Below, piece after piece: positions 8,443-17,030 of a stretch of DNA of 46,408 bases (the stretch's first letter is position 1; each line of letters starts with the position of its first letter). The notes beneath the pieces are model-generated. The model made no database searches. It was not told where the DNA came from and worked only from the letters and a program-made list of their open reading frames with translations. The stretch comes from a virus (Duplodnaviria; Heunggongvirae; Uroviricota; Caudoviricetes): the IMG/VR virus record IMGVR_UViG_2740892219_000006; one strand, written 5' to 3'. A program made the position numbers and the translations under genes.

Positions 8443-8847
8443 GGACGGTTCTTTCGTGCTGATCGGATTCGCGGTCCTTTCAGCATTACGTTGTTGTATA
8501 AACAACCACGCAAGCACAAGCAGCAAGTTGATTTTACCCAAAAGGTAATAATAGTCCACTATTATGCTTCAAAAAATTGTGGTTCTTGTTGTGTCTGCAA
8601 ACTCACAGATTGTGGGTAGGTTACTGATTTTGTGAAAATAAACTGGTTTTTTCGTTTAATTTATTTCCTATTACTAATCTTAAAATAATCGTAAAATACC
8701 TGTGGACCTTCCCGCCGATTCGCACCCGGGCACCGACTTTAGGGGAGGATTTCCTGTTGCCGTACATGCAAGCACAAGCAGCCGTGCTTGCTCTCGCGTT
8801 GTTTTCGTCGGTGGGGATGCCGTGAAACGGCCTGTAAGGGCCATACA

Positions 8848-8970
8848 ATGAAAAAATACTGTATGTGTATTTTTATCGTTGTTACTGGGGCTTTGTTTAC
8901 GCCACATGGGGAGGGTTGGAAGATTACTGATAACGCTCTGAATGTGACGATAAACATTAGCAGCAAGTAG
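8848..8970 (+). CDS. Possible small hydrophobic peptide (40 aa)
   Basis: MKKYCMCIFIVVTGALFT signal-like N-terminus; immediately followed by a strong terminator; weak RBS. Confidence 0.25.
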   Translation: MKKYCMCIFIVVTGALFTPHGEGWKITDNALNVTINISSK

Positions 8971-8975
8971 CGATT

Positions 8976-8998
8976 AGGCCCCTTCGGGGGCCTTTTTT
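8976..8998 (+). terminator. Rho-independent terminator
   Basis: AGGCCCC-TTCG-GGGGCCT followed by TTTTTT. Confidence 0.7.
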
Positions 8999-9008
8999 AT
9001 GGTTGAAT

Positions 9009-9158
9009 TTAAACGCTGGAGCGCATTAAGCCTTTCAGAACTGCTTCACGTACCCATTCTGGCCTGGTGGATAGCAGGGCAAATAAGCGGCCAGCTTGCA
9101 GCCGTTTGAGGTCTATTAGACGAGTTTTTAGTAACCGTGTATATTGTTGCTCGGACAT
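9009..9158 (-). CDS. Small hypothetical protein (49 aa) downstream of parG
   Basis: ATG 9158 with AAGGGG RBS; no recognised domain. Confidence 0.3.
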   Translation of the reverse strand: MSEQQYTRLLKTRLIDLKRLQAGRLFALLSTRPEWVREAVLKGLMRSSV

Positions 9159-9220
9159 AACAAATTCCCCTTGTTGTGTCGCGACGGCCAACAGTTGGCG
9201 CTGGAGGCCGTCACCTTCTC

Positions 9221-9469
9221 TTACTTCTGGTTGTATTGAGCCTTAAGTAACTCAAAAGATTTTGTCAGCACTTCTTTCAATGACATATCCATTGAGCTGG
9301 CGAACGTTTTGTACTCGCGTTTAAATTCAGGGTCGACGTTAAACGCCATTTGTGCCCCACCTGATTTGGTTCTGGTTGGCGTTTCAGTCGGGTCGAAAAC
9401 CTGCGGTTGTTCGATCGATGGCGGTACGCCTTTGCTGTTCTTCTTTGGTGGTTTTGATGGTGCGGCCAT
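9221..9469 (-). CDS. ParG-like ribbon-helix-helix centromere-binding protein
   Basis: 82 aa directly downstream of parA; basic, probably disordered N-terminus and an RHH-like C-terminus (MAFNVDPEFKREYKTFA...); AGAGGGG RBS. Confidence 0.55.
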   Translation of the reverse strand: MAAPSKPPKKNSKGVPPSIEQPQVFDPTETPTRTKSGGAQMAFNVDPEFKREYKTFASSMDMSLKEVLTKSFELLKAQYNQK

Positions 9470-9482
9470 GTGTATCCCCTCT

Positions 9483-9512
9483 TATATAAATCTATAAAAC
9501 TATAATTATATA
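9483..9512. repeat. AT-rich 22-bp motif copy (TATATAAATCTATA / TATAATTATATA) between parA and parG
   Basis: Member of the dispersed motif family also found at 4331, 10191, 10265, 14019, 15231, 15281, 19977 and 21116. Confidence 0.5.
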
Positions 9513-10166
9513 TTACGCGGCAGTAGTCAGAGCCTCAAGCTGGTTGATAATCCCCTGAATAACGTCGTCTGCCTTTTTGCGTGGCGCAACGTATGAGCAC
9601 TCAATGAGGCTTAAGCCCTTATCCTGAGCTTTGCTCAGAGCTGGCTTGTGGGGAATGTACTTATCGACAACAAAGTATGGCGTATTAGCCAGGTACTCTT
9701 GGGCTTCAATATAGTCAGCTTCGTTTTCAGCCGCGCCGGAAAACACCATGCAAATTTTCTTGATTGGTACACCCTTTTTAACGATGCCGTGAGCTGTGTT
9801 AACGGTGGTTTCCAGGTCATCGGTAGAGAATCTGGTTGGCAAAATAACCATATCCAGAAATTCAGAGAGCTTCGGTACTGATTCAGATGCGTAGGCACCG
9901 CCATCGACGATAACCAAGTCGTATACTTCTGATTCGATGATTTTCTGGACTTGTGATGGTGTGCCGCACGGCTGCGCCGCGATTGCTGGTTCGATATTGT
10001 TGGCCATTCTGCGTTGTACCCAACGCGTTACCGTTCCGTTAAGCACATCCATATCGATCAGGCATACATTCCAGCCAGCCTTTGCATAAGCAACTGCTAA
10101 AGCACGGGCAATTGTTGATTTGGTTACGCCGCCTTTTCCGTTGAAAATACCTACAGAGATAGTCAT
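9513..10166 (-). CDS. parA: ParA-family partition ATPase (small type Ib ParA/ParF-like)
   Basis: Deviant Walker A GKGGVTKST near the N-terminus; about 217 aa; start placed at ATG 10166 (GGAG RBS). Confidence 0.8.
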   Translation of the reverse strand: MTISVGIFNGKGGVTKSTIARALAVAYAKAGWNVCLIDMDVLNGTVTRWVQRRMANNIEPAIAAQPCGTPSQVQKIIESEVYDLVIVDGGAYASESVPKLSEFLDMVILPTRFSTDDLETTVNTAHGIVKKGVPIKKICMVFSGAAENEADYIEAQEYLANTPYFVVDKYIPHKPALSKAQDKGLSLIECSYVAPRKKADDVIQGIINQLEALTTAA

Positions 10167-10190
10167 TTGTCGAGACTCCATGTGTTTGAT

Positions 10191-10294
10191 TATATAATTC
10201 TATAAATCTATATTTATAGAACGAGGTAAGCATAACCAACTTTTTGGCGGATGAAAAGCGTTTTATATAATTATATAAATCTATAATCATATAA
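10191..10294. repeat. Centromere/operator-like AT-rich iterons upstream of parA
   Basis: Two direct copies of TATATAATT-TATAAATCTATA about 70 bp apart (10191-10220 and 10265-10294) in the parA promoter region. Confidence 0.5.
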
Positions 10295-10316
10295 GCGGGC
10301 GTTAGCCCGCTTGCAG

Positions 10317-10691
10317 TCAGAGGTCAGCTATCGTTGATATCAGTTGATTTGCTAGCTGTCGCTGTTTACGTGAGAGGGTTAGAGCAGCTTCTGAGCGGTC
10401 GCTAAGAGGGGTGTTTTCATCGAGAATCATGAGGCATACAGAAATAATAGCTCTGTTATATGCCATCAATGGCTGGCACAGCTTCGATACCGCTGGCACA
10501 TCGTATTGTAAGGCCGTTTTGAGGCAGATTTTTTGTTCTGATGCCAGATGAAGGATAGATTCTATCCAGTCGATATCTTTCTCATTATCAATGATTTGGC
10601 ATAACATACACTCAATCGCTATGTTCAACGCTTGGATTTCGATTCCAGCAGTGATCAGAGTTTCGTTTTTATTGGCTGTATGTAATTCCAT
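10317..10691 (-). CDS. Hypothetical protein (124 aa) downstream of the repressor gene
   Basis: AAGAGG RBS 7 nt upstream of the ATG; no recognised domain. Confidence 0.45.
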   Translation of the reverse strand: MELHTANKNETLITAGIEIQALNIAIECMLCQIIDNEKDIDWIESILHLASEQKICLKTALQYDVPAVSKLCQPLMAYNRAIISVCLMILDENTPLSDRSEAALTLSRKQRQLANQLISTIADL

Positions 10692-10726
10692 GCGTAGCCT
10701 CTTTTATACTTTTACATGTTGTCAAA

Positions 10727-10741
10727 ACCACAAAATGTGGT
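10727..10741. promoter_or_regulatory. Operator-like palindrome ACCACAAAATGTGGT (followed by a T-run)
   Basis: Perfect ACCAC-N5-GTGGT between the repressor gene and the next gene; could also act as a terminator hairpin. Confidence 0.45.
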
Positions 10742-10783
10742 TTTTTTGAGCGTAGAAATGCACGGCTTCCGCCGTGCTGTGTA

Positions 10784-11440
10784 TCATAACCAGTTGACAA
10801 CACTAACTACGCGGCCAAGAACTTTATAACGCTTAAATTCCTCATTATTCAGATGCTTAGTGTTCATTTCAGCATCCCTTTCGGTTGACAGCATAACAGC
10901 ATTGTCACCCGGTATGACTCTACAGTGCCTCAAAACAACCAGGCCATTTCTGTCTTCAAGGGCATAGATCCCCTCATGAATCTCTGTATCGTCTGTATTA
11001 ATCAGGACTTGGGAGCCAGGGGATATTGTTGGTGACATTAACTCATCGTTGCTCTGGAGAACTGACAGAGACGATGGGTTGATGTTCTTGCTTCGTAGAA
11101 TCTCCTGTTCTATCGCCAGCACTGGCTTTTCTCCGGCGTGCGATGCTATGTCATTTTTTATAGCTACAAGCCCAGGAATAACAGGAGCGTTAGTATTCTG
11201 GGGTGGGAACGGGTTATCTGTTAAGCACGCGATATAAGGCGCTGATGCTTTCAGGGCGTGCGCGATTTTCTTGATGGCAGGTATAGATGGTTGTCTTAAT
11301 CCGGCCTCATAGTTCTGCAAGGTGCTTAAGCCTATTCCAGTGACTTGCTGGAGATCTCCGGCAGTCATGCCGGATTGTTTCCGTAGAGTCTGAATGCGCA
11401 GACCTATTTCTTTCTTGATGTTCTCGTCGTTGCTTTTCAT
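10784..11440 (-). CDS. CI-like prophage repressor (N-terminal HTH, C-terminal S24 LexA-type peptidase domain)
   Basis: 218 aa; HTH near the N-terminus (LQQVTGIGLSTLQNYEAG); C-terminal region with lambda CI/LexA-like architecture. Confidence 0.85.
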   Translation of the reverse strand: MKSNDENIKKEIGLRIQTLRKQSGMTAGDLQQVTGIGLSTLQNYEAGLRQPSIPAIKKIAHALKASAPYIACLTDNPFPPQNTNAPVIPGLVAIKNDIASHAGEKPVLAIEQEILRSKNINPSSLSVLQSNDELMSPTISPGSQVLINTDDTEIHEGIYALEDRNGLVVLRHCRVIPGDNAVMLSTERDAEMNTKHLNNEEFKRYKVLGRVVSVVNWL

Positions 11441-11477
11441 GTCTCATCAATCGTGAATGGTGGGTTATTTATACATT

Positions 11478-11595
11478 ACCACATTTAGTGGTTTTCACAT
11501 GGTAAGACGAGAGGTGGACCACAAATAGAAGGTTATTTTTTGTTTTGCTCATTGAAAAACTCACGATATGTGGTTTTAATACCACGTATCGTGGT
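11478..11595. promoter_or_regulatory. Immunity control region: three ACCAC-N5-GTGGT operators with divergent promoters
   Basis: Sites at 11478-11492, 11560-11574 (one mismatch) and 11581-11595; rightward promoter TTGAAA (11552-11557), 17 bp, TTTAAT (11575-11580) overlapped by two operators. Confidence 0.6.
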
Positions 11596-11614
11596 TTTAA
11601 CTGGAGTTCGTTAA

Positions 11615-12109
11615 ATGACCTTTCAGGAGTGGGTTGACGAAAATGGAGGCCAAATTGGTGTTGCCAGAAAGTTTGGCTTTACGTCATCACTGATTGGTGC
11701 CTGGTATCGCTTCGAGAGATTCCCTCGTGCGGATAACCTGACGCTGCTGGTGGCGTATTCGGAAGGCCGGATTAACGTCCAGCAATGGGCGGCAGATTTT
11801 GCCGAACGTCAGCGCCAGCGTAGCGATGGCACATCGGTTCGGCAGAACAAGATCAAAGGGAATCTCCCTGTTAACTGCTTATCAAGGCTGAAAGCGGTTT
11901 TCTCTGAGTTGGGGATGCCTGCGGAGCGTTGCAATCTACGCGGTCCGCGATTCATTGCTCGCTGGAAACACTCACACGTAACCGTTTCAGAGGTTCGTGA
12001 TGCGATTACCGTGCTGGAGCTTAAGAATAAAGATTCCAGCGATATCGAGCTGATTCATAAGGAGATTAGCAACGCCCGGCGTTCAGCACTTGGGAGGCTT
12101 GAGGAATGA
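11615..12109 (+). CDS. Cro-like HTH protein with C-terminal extension
   Basis: First gene of the rightward operon; N-terminal GGQIGVARKFGFTSSLIGAWY resembles a Cro/YdaS-type HTH. Confidence 0.5.
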   Translation: MTFQEWVDENGGQIGVARKFGFTSSLIGAWYRFERFPRADNLTLLVAYSEGRINVQQWAADFAERQRQRSDGTSVRQNKIKGNLPVNCLSRLKAVFSELGMPAERCNLRGPRFIARWKHSHVTVSEVRDAITVLELKNKDSSDIELIHKEISNARRSALGRLEE

Positions 12110-12621
12110 TGATTCTGGCCTTCTTTGGTGATAATCACCAGATTCAATCGAAGGTGGTGCACTACCTTGATCAAACGATTAAAGGATTTGCTATCGATCA
12201 TATTGATAACGATAGCAAACATCTATCTGTAGATCAGAAAATTGGACGTGTGCAGCGACTGGTTGCCAGCCGTAACAGACGTGACACCGTAACAGTAGTC
12301 ACGGGGATAACGGAGGTCATGGAGTACCAGATGTTGCTGCATCGTGGAGCTGTTTTCTGCGTTCTTCCTGGCATTCTGCCAGCAATTCTTGCTCGTGGTT
12401 TTGTCCCTATTGATGAGTCGTTTTTATATGTAACCCCAAGCCGTTCCCTTCTGGATACGGAGGCGAAGCGTCGCATTTATATGATGCCGGACGAGGCATT
12501 TTCTGAATGTTACCGCCGTGAAATGAGGTTGGGTAAACGAGAAGTGTCTGTTGTTCGTGATGGCAGGTTTTTAAGAAGCCGCACGGTGAAAAGCACCAGA
12601 AATGACGGGGGCCATCAATGA
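12106..12621 (+). CDS. Hypothetical protein (171 aa)
   Basis: Start overlaps the upstream stop; no recognised domain. Confidence 0.45.
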   Translation: MMILAFFGDNHQIQSKVVHYLDQTIKGFAIDHIDNDSKHLSVDQKIGRVQRLVASRNRRDTVTVVTGITEVMEYQMLLHRGAVFCVLPGILPAILARGFVPIDESFLYVTPSRSLLDTEAKRRIYMMPDEAFSECYRREMRLGKREVSVVRDGRFLRSRTVKSTRNDGGHQ

Positions 12622-12851
12622 GTAGTTATGTTCGCGGTGCTGCGATGCATTGCCAGAATCCCCAATTCTGGCGCTTTCTGACCAGTAAAACAGGGAAGAA
12701 CATTTCAAACAGTTCTGAGGCCTCTGTGATTCTGCGTGAGTTTTGCGGGATCTCATCCCGTAAAGAGCTGGCAAAGAACTACGCGGCCAGAAGCATGTAT
12801 GTCCAGTTAATCAACGAGTTCAACCTCTTTATCAATGGTAAGGGGCGCTGA
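12618..12851 (+). CDS. Hypothetical protein (77 aa)
   Basis: Translationally coupled ORF in the early operon. Confidence 0.4.
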   Translation: MSSYVRGAAMHCQNPQFWRFLTSKTGKNISNSSEASVILREFCGISSRKELAKNYAARSMYVQLINEFNLFINGKGR

Positions 12852-13255
12852 TGAACGGACGTACGCCAACGAAGAAAGAGAAACTTTATATACAAGCGGT
12901 GCTCACTCACGTGGGTTGCATAGCTTGCATTATTGATGGCCGTGAAATTGAGAATCCAGAGCTGTGGACGGAGCTACATCACGATCCTGATTACGGCAGC
13001 GTTGATGAGAATTGCCACTTCCATAGCTTTGGGTTGTGCGCACCACATCATCGCGGTGTTGTGCCTGGTGGTGGGCGCGTGCCTCCGCATATTGCCGTTC
13101 GTCACCCTCCCCTGAGTAATTGTGCTCGCTTTGTTGAGCGTTATGGCACCGATGAATTTTTGTGTGCGCAGACGTGGGAGCTGTTGCCGCAGTCAGTTAA
13201 AGACGAAATTGGGTTTGATCTTAGTCTTGGTGAAGTACCAGGGGATACCAAATGA
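12851..13255 (+). CDS. Ref-like HNH-type nuclease (recombination enhancement function family)
   Basis: GRTPT...GCIAC...LHH...LC..HH pattern recalled from P1 Ref. Confidence 0.5.
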   Translation: MNGRTPTKKEKLYIQAVLTHVGCIACIIDGREIENPELWTELHHDPDYGSVDENCHFHSFGLCAPHHRGVVPGGGRVPPHIAVRHPPLSNCARFVERYGTDEFLCAQTWELLPQSVKDEIGFDLSLGEVPGDTK

Positions 13256-13584
13256 GATATACCGGCTTTCGCAAACCAGCGACCAGGAAAAGCAAATACG
13301 GCAATAAAAAAACGGTTGTCGATGATATCGCTTTTGATAGCAAAAAAGAGGCTGATTACTACTGCGAACTGAAGCTACTGAGAAAAGCTGGCCGCGTTGT
13401 GACGTTTCTTATGCAGGTGCCTTTTCATCTGCCAGGTGGTGTCGTTTATAAACTTGATTTCATGGTGTTTTATGACGATGGGACGATTGATTGTGTCGAC
13501 ACTAAAGGTGTGCGAACAGACGTCTACATCATGAAGAAAAAGCAGGTAGAGGCGCTTTATCCCGTCACGATACGGGAGATCTGA
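13252..13584 (+). CDS. DUF1064-like protein (putative PD-(D/E)XK-type nuclease / resolvase-like)
   Basis: N-terminal KYGNKKTVVDDIAFDSKKEADYY matches the remembered DUF1064 signature. Confidence 0.45.
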   Translation: MRYTGFRKPATRKSKYGNKKTVVDDIAFDSKKEADYYCELKLLRKAGRVVTFLMQVPFHLPGGVVYKLDFMVFYDDGTIDCVDTKGVRTDVYIMKKKQVEALYPVTIREI

Positions 13585-13587
13585 ACA

Positions 13588-13965
13588 GTGAGACGCGATC
13601 TGGATAGCTTGTTTGAGCTATGGGCGCTGTGGGTGCGCAATGGCTGCAACGCCCGTAGCGGTTTCGCGTCGATGTTAGAAATGATGATGGTTACGCGTTG
13701 CCAGTTTACCGGAGGGGGCGGCGCACCAAATGACTCACTGGAAACCAGTATCGAGGGAGCGGTGACGGCCCTCACGGTAGTTGATGAGACTGCGGCGCTG
13801 GTTGTCCGAATTGAATACGGGGCGTGGGAGATTCGGGGCCTCGACATAAATGCACCGCATATTGATAAAGCCCACGCCCTTTCTCTTAGTCTCAGACAGT
13901 ATCGCCGGAAGCTGGCAAAAGCCAGGGCGTATGTTGTCGACTATTTGAAAAAGCGAAGAGAGTGA
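13588..13965 (+). CDS. Possible Q-like antiterminator (small prophage Q-family)
   Basis: 125 aa; LFELWALWVRNG resembles the LERWGAWA motif recalled for a small Q-like family; GTG start. Confidence 0.35.
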   Translation: MRRDLDSLFELWALWVRNGCNARSGFASMLEMMMVTRCQFTGGGGAPNDSLETSIEGAVTALTVVDETAALVVRIEYGAWEIRGLDINAPHIDKAHALSLSLRQYRRKLAKARAYVVDYLKKRRE

Positions 13966-14026
13966 AAGTGTCATTTTGAGCTGTTTTGATAGTGTGTAGA
14001 CATCGGGAACATCGAAAATCTATAAA

Positions 14027-14134
14027 TATATAATTATAGATTTATATAAAAAGTGCTTTACAGGTGGGAAAAAATTTCCTAAGGTTATACCCGAAACCGA
14101 GCGATACCCGCCCTGGTTAAACCGGAGAAATCTG
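14027..14134 (+). promoter_or_regulatory. Conserved promoter/leader/RBS cassette, copy B
   Basis: Near-identical to 4332-4440; ends at ATG 14135. Confidence 0.55.
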
Positions 14135-15202
14135 ATGAATAAACAAGTAATTATTTCTGACTGGATCAACAACCCTAACAGCCTGTTAAGCACTGATACT
14201 GGCTACCTATTACGCCATGTTAATGGTCGTATGGTCAAAAGCGATGAGCACGAAACCTTTTTCTTTGTTGAAGACGATGGGCGCATCTATGAGGATGGTT
14301 ACTCTTATGAAGCCCAAACAGGTTGTATCCCTGCGGAGCTGGTGGACGTAACAGAAGAGCTGCGCAAAGCATGGCTTGAACAGCAGCAGCGCGGAGATGA
14401 TTACGTAAATACCTATCAGGAACGCCAGAACGCGCGTCTTGCCCGATATATTGCTCGTGCAGAAAAAGCCAGAAAAGAAGGAGCGGTAGCGCATAAGCGA
14501 GCGCATGACCTGTTGGATGTGATCCCGTTAGGCCAGCCGATTTTAGTTGACCATTATAGCGCGAAAGGCCATCGCCGCCGTTTGTCTAAAGCTGATGCGT
14601 TATTCAGAAAAGCGTTTGTTGAATGCGAAAGTAAAGCATCACACTACGAGAGCAAAGCCGCAGGTGTTGGTCGTAATGGAATTTCGTCTGATGATCCTGA
14701 TGCGCTATTTAAGTTGCTTCGTAAGCTGCAAGGCTGCATGAAGTCACACGTCAAAATGAAGGCCGCAAATAAGGCCATTCGCAAATACAAAAAAGACCAA
14801 TTACAGCAGCTTTCTGCATTAATCGATCTCAGGTTTACAGAAAGCGAAGCCAAAGAGTTACTGGCCGGAGATTTCTGTGGGTGCATCGGATTCCCTTCAT
14901 ACGCACTGAGCAACAATAACGCCGCAATCAAACGACTACAGAGCCGTATTAAGGAGCTTGAATCGGTCAAGTCTGTAACAGGAGCACAGCGCGAAGAATA
15001 CGACGGCTTTTCTATGGAGATAGATCCAGAGGATAACCGCATCCTGTTTTATTTCCCTGGCAAACCAGAGGCAAACATTCGTTCGCTGCTTAAATCACGC
15101 GCCTTTAAGTGGAGTCCAACCCGTAATGCATGGGTTCGCAAGATTACTCCAAACGCCCTGGCTGATGCCCGATATCTAAAAGAATCGCTATTGAAAGCCT
15201 GA
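14135..15202 (+). CDS. Conserved hypothetical protein (355 aa; possibly DUF3560-like)
   Basis: Long ORF driven by cassette B; the C-terminal half resembles a remembered plasmid/phage DUF3560 pattern, unverified. Confidence 0.55.
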   Translation: MNKQVIISDWINNPNSLLSTDTGYLLRHVNGRMVKSDEHETFFFVEDDGRIYEDGYSYEAQTGCIPAELVDVTEELRKAWLEQQQRGDDYVNTYQERQNARLARYIARAEKARKEGAVAHKRAHDLLDVIPLGQPILVDHYSAKGHRRRLSKADALFRKAFVECESKASHYESKAAGVGRNGISSDDPDALFKLLRKLQGCMKSHVKMKAANKAIRKYKKDQLQQLSALIDLRFTESEAKELLAGDFCGCIGFPSYALSNNNAAIKRLQSRIKELESVKSVTGAQREEYDGFSMEIDPEDNRILFYFPGKPEANIRSLLKSRAFKWSPTRNAWVRKITPNALADARYLKESLLKA

Positions 15203-15212
15203 CAGTAAGCCT

Positions 15213-15310
15213 ACGGCGGGACGTCTCCCCCCGTATATAGAATTATATATTTATATAAATAACGGCGGGACGTCTCCCGCCGTATATAGAATTATATATT
15301 TATATAAATG
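15213..15310. repeat. Tandem duplication (2 x 49 bp) of a GC hairpin fused to the AT-rich motif
   Basis: ACGGCGGGACGTCTCCCGCCG palindrome followed by TATATAGAATTATATATTTATATAAAT, present twice in tandem; first copy has one stem mismatch. Confidence 0.6.
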
Positions 15311-15328
15311 TATAAGGACGCCTCGACA

Positions 15329-15610
15329 ATGAAACGCAAAATTATTAACCCCCAAGATGTGATTAATTTCCTGACCGATCACCCATGTTCAAAAGTGGAC
15401 GTAATCGCGGAGCACATTGGTGTGTCGCAGAACTCTATGCGTTGCAGACTGAGAAGCATGGTTGCCGAAGGACAGATAACAACCAGGAAAATAAATGGTT
15501 GCCTGTACTACTCCGCTAAACCGGAATTGCCATTTGGCATGAATCCTAACTCCATGTTGTTTAACACCTTATTAGCCAAAGTTAAGCCGTTGAGAGGGGC
15601 TGTGGCATGA
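15329..15610 (+). CDS. Small putative DNA-binding protein
   Basis: 93 aa from ATG 15329; segment VDVIAEHIGVSQNSMRCRLRSMVAEGQI resembles a winged-helix/HTH. Confidence 0.4.
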   Translation: MKRKIINPQDVINFLTDHPCSKVDVIAEHIGVSQNSMRCRLRSMVAEGQITTRKINGCLYYSAKPELPFGMNPNSMLFNTLLAKVKPLRGAVA

Positions 15611-15972
15611 GCATCAAAACCCATACCGGAATAATCATTACCAATGATGGTGAGAAAAGAGTGAAGTTGCGTGAAACGCCGACAACCTGGTGTGTTGGTC
15701 CGAAAGAAACATATCGCAAGGAAGATGGCCGTCGTTGTGGGGCACCACTTTCCCGCCGTCGCCTCCTTTTGAGCACGATAAAACCTATCGGGCAGGTTGA
15801 GCAACCAACGACTCCGGTAACGAAGATTTCAGACAATAGTCTGGCAAACCTGATCGCTGATGCGGACAAGGTGCTGGAGCGAAACACCCCCGTTGCAGAT
15901 GAGGAATGGTGGCAGGATTTCCGAGCTGCAATGCTAGAGCTTCAGGAACGTCGTCGGGAGGAGTTGAAGTGA
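15607..15972 (+). CDS. Hypothetical protein (121 aa)
   Basis: ATG overlaps the upstream stop; no recognised domain. Confidence 0.4.
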   Translation: MSIKTHTGIIITNDGEKRVKLRETPTTWCVGPKETYRKEDGRRCGAPLSRRRLLLSTIKPIGQVEQPTTPVTKISDNSLANLIADADKVLERNTPVADEEWWQDFRAAMLELQERRREELK

Positions 15973-15992
15973 GCAAGGTGAAAGAGCGCGGC

Positions 15993-16598
15993 ATGATTTT
16001 TAATGATGAGATGGTCCGAGCCATCCTCGAAGGCAGGAAGACGCAGACTCGTCGACCTGTAAAAAATGTCAGGGCCGATAACTGCCTGGTTATCAGTAAA
16101 CCGACAAAGAAACGCAATGGTGTCTATACCCACGTTATGGATGCACCTGAGCATGGCTTATGCCCGTTCGGTAACGTTGGTGATCGCATATGGGTACGTG
16201 AGACATTCAACGCTTTTTGGCTGGATGACGATGTTATTCAGGAAATCAAAGATGGTGTCTCTCTGGCTTCTGAACTGTGTGATTACAAGGCTGATTACTC
16301 AGATAGTAGCAAGCCATCTGAGGGCTGGACCCCGTCAATTCACATGCCGAGATGGGCATCGCGAATTTTGCTGGAAATTACCGACGTGCGTGTGGAGCGG
16401 CTGCATGACATGAGCGAGGCAGATGCCAAAGCGGAAGGCGCATCTCCGGCAACGTACAAGATTACGCCGCCGGAAGCTGTTTATCGTGTTGGTTTTGGTG
16501 ATATCTGGCGCGGTATTTACGGGCAAGAGAACTGGCTATCTAACCCGTGGGTATGGGTAATTGAGTTTAAACGTATTCAGGGGGCAAACAGTGAGTAA
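15993..16598 (+). CDS. Hypothetical protein, possibly ASCH-like
   Basis: N-terminus MIFNDEMVRAILEGRKTQTRRPV is common in a prophage protein family; start uncertain (alternative GTG 15969/15978). Confidence 0.4.
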   Translation: MIFNDEMVRAILEGRKTQTRRPVKNVRADNCLVISKPTKKRNGVYTHVMDAPEHGLCPFGNVGDRIWVRETFNAFWLDDDVIQEIKDGVSLASELCDYKADYSDSSKPSEGWTPSIHMPRWASRILLEITDVRVERLHDMSEADAKAEGASPATYKITPPEAVYRVGFGDIWRGIYGQENWLSNPWVWVIEFKRIQGANSE

Positions 16599-16848
16599 TT
16601 CCGCACGGCTACAGCTTGGTTTTTCACCGCTATCAAAAACCATCGTGTTGGCCAAAATGCGCGATTTAGGTGACGGAACAAAACGCCGTGTAGGCAATGA
16701 TCGCGGTCGTGATGTAACCAACGAGGCCGCACAACTCGTTTGGCATCTTGTCATGGCAGAAGGCGGTGAAATCAATTGGGAGCTGGATGATGGTTCTCGC
16801 ATGGTGTTAAGGGCAGAAAAGCAGGGGGCAAACGATGAAAAACCGTAA
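16591..16848 (+). CDS. Hypothetical protein
   Basis: GTG start preceded by AGGGGGCAAAC, the same RBS context as the next gene. Confidence 0.35.
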   Translation: MSNSARLQLGFSPLSKTIVLAKMRDLGDGTKRRVGNDRGRDVTNEAAQLVWHLVMAEGGEINWELDDGSRMVLRAEKQGANDEKP

Positions 16849-17029
16849 AGCAAAGATTCTGTTAGTTCGTAGAAACGCTCCTGGCGTCTGGCAGTGGGTG
16901 AGACTCAGCAACCGACGGATGGGGTTAATGAAACATTACGGGATGATGGATTGTGGTTTTTGCAAAAAGCCCAGCGCGGCGCAAAACCGCTGGAAAAACC
17001 ACTGTTATCTGCGCACTAAAGGAGAGTGA
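16835..17029 (+). CDS. Small Cys-containing hypothetical protein (64 aa)
   Basis: AGGGGGCAAAC RBS before ATG 16835. Confidence 0.4.
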   Translation: MKNRKAKILLVRRNAPGVWQWVRLSNRRMGLMKHYGMMDCGFCKKPSAAQNRWKNHCYLRTKGE

Positions 17030-17030
17030 G

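Noticed and set aside
8621-8966. Three overlapping 75-aa minus-strand ORFs
   Set aside because: Mutually overlapping in different frames with no RBS and no recognisable protein features; the region is more likely non-coding.
14027-14134. Cassettes as lambda-type Q-dependent late promoters with qut and tR-prime
   Set aside because: No terminator lies between the promoter and the ORF, and the driven genes are not the structural genes, so the classical arrangement is not supported; kept only as an alternative under the cassette finding.
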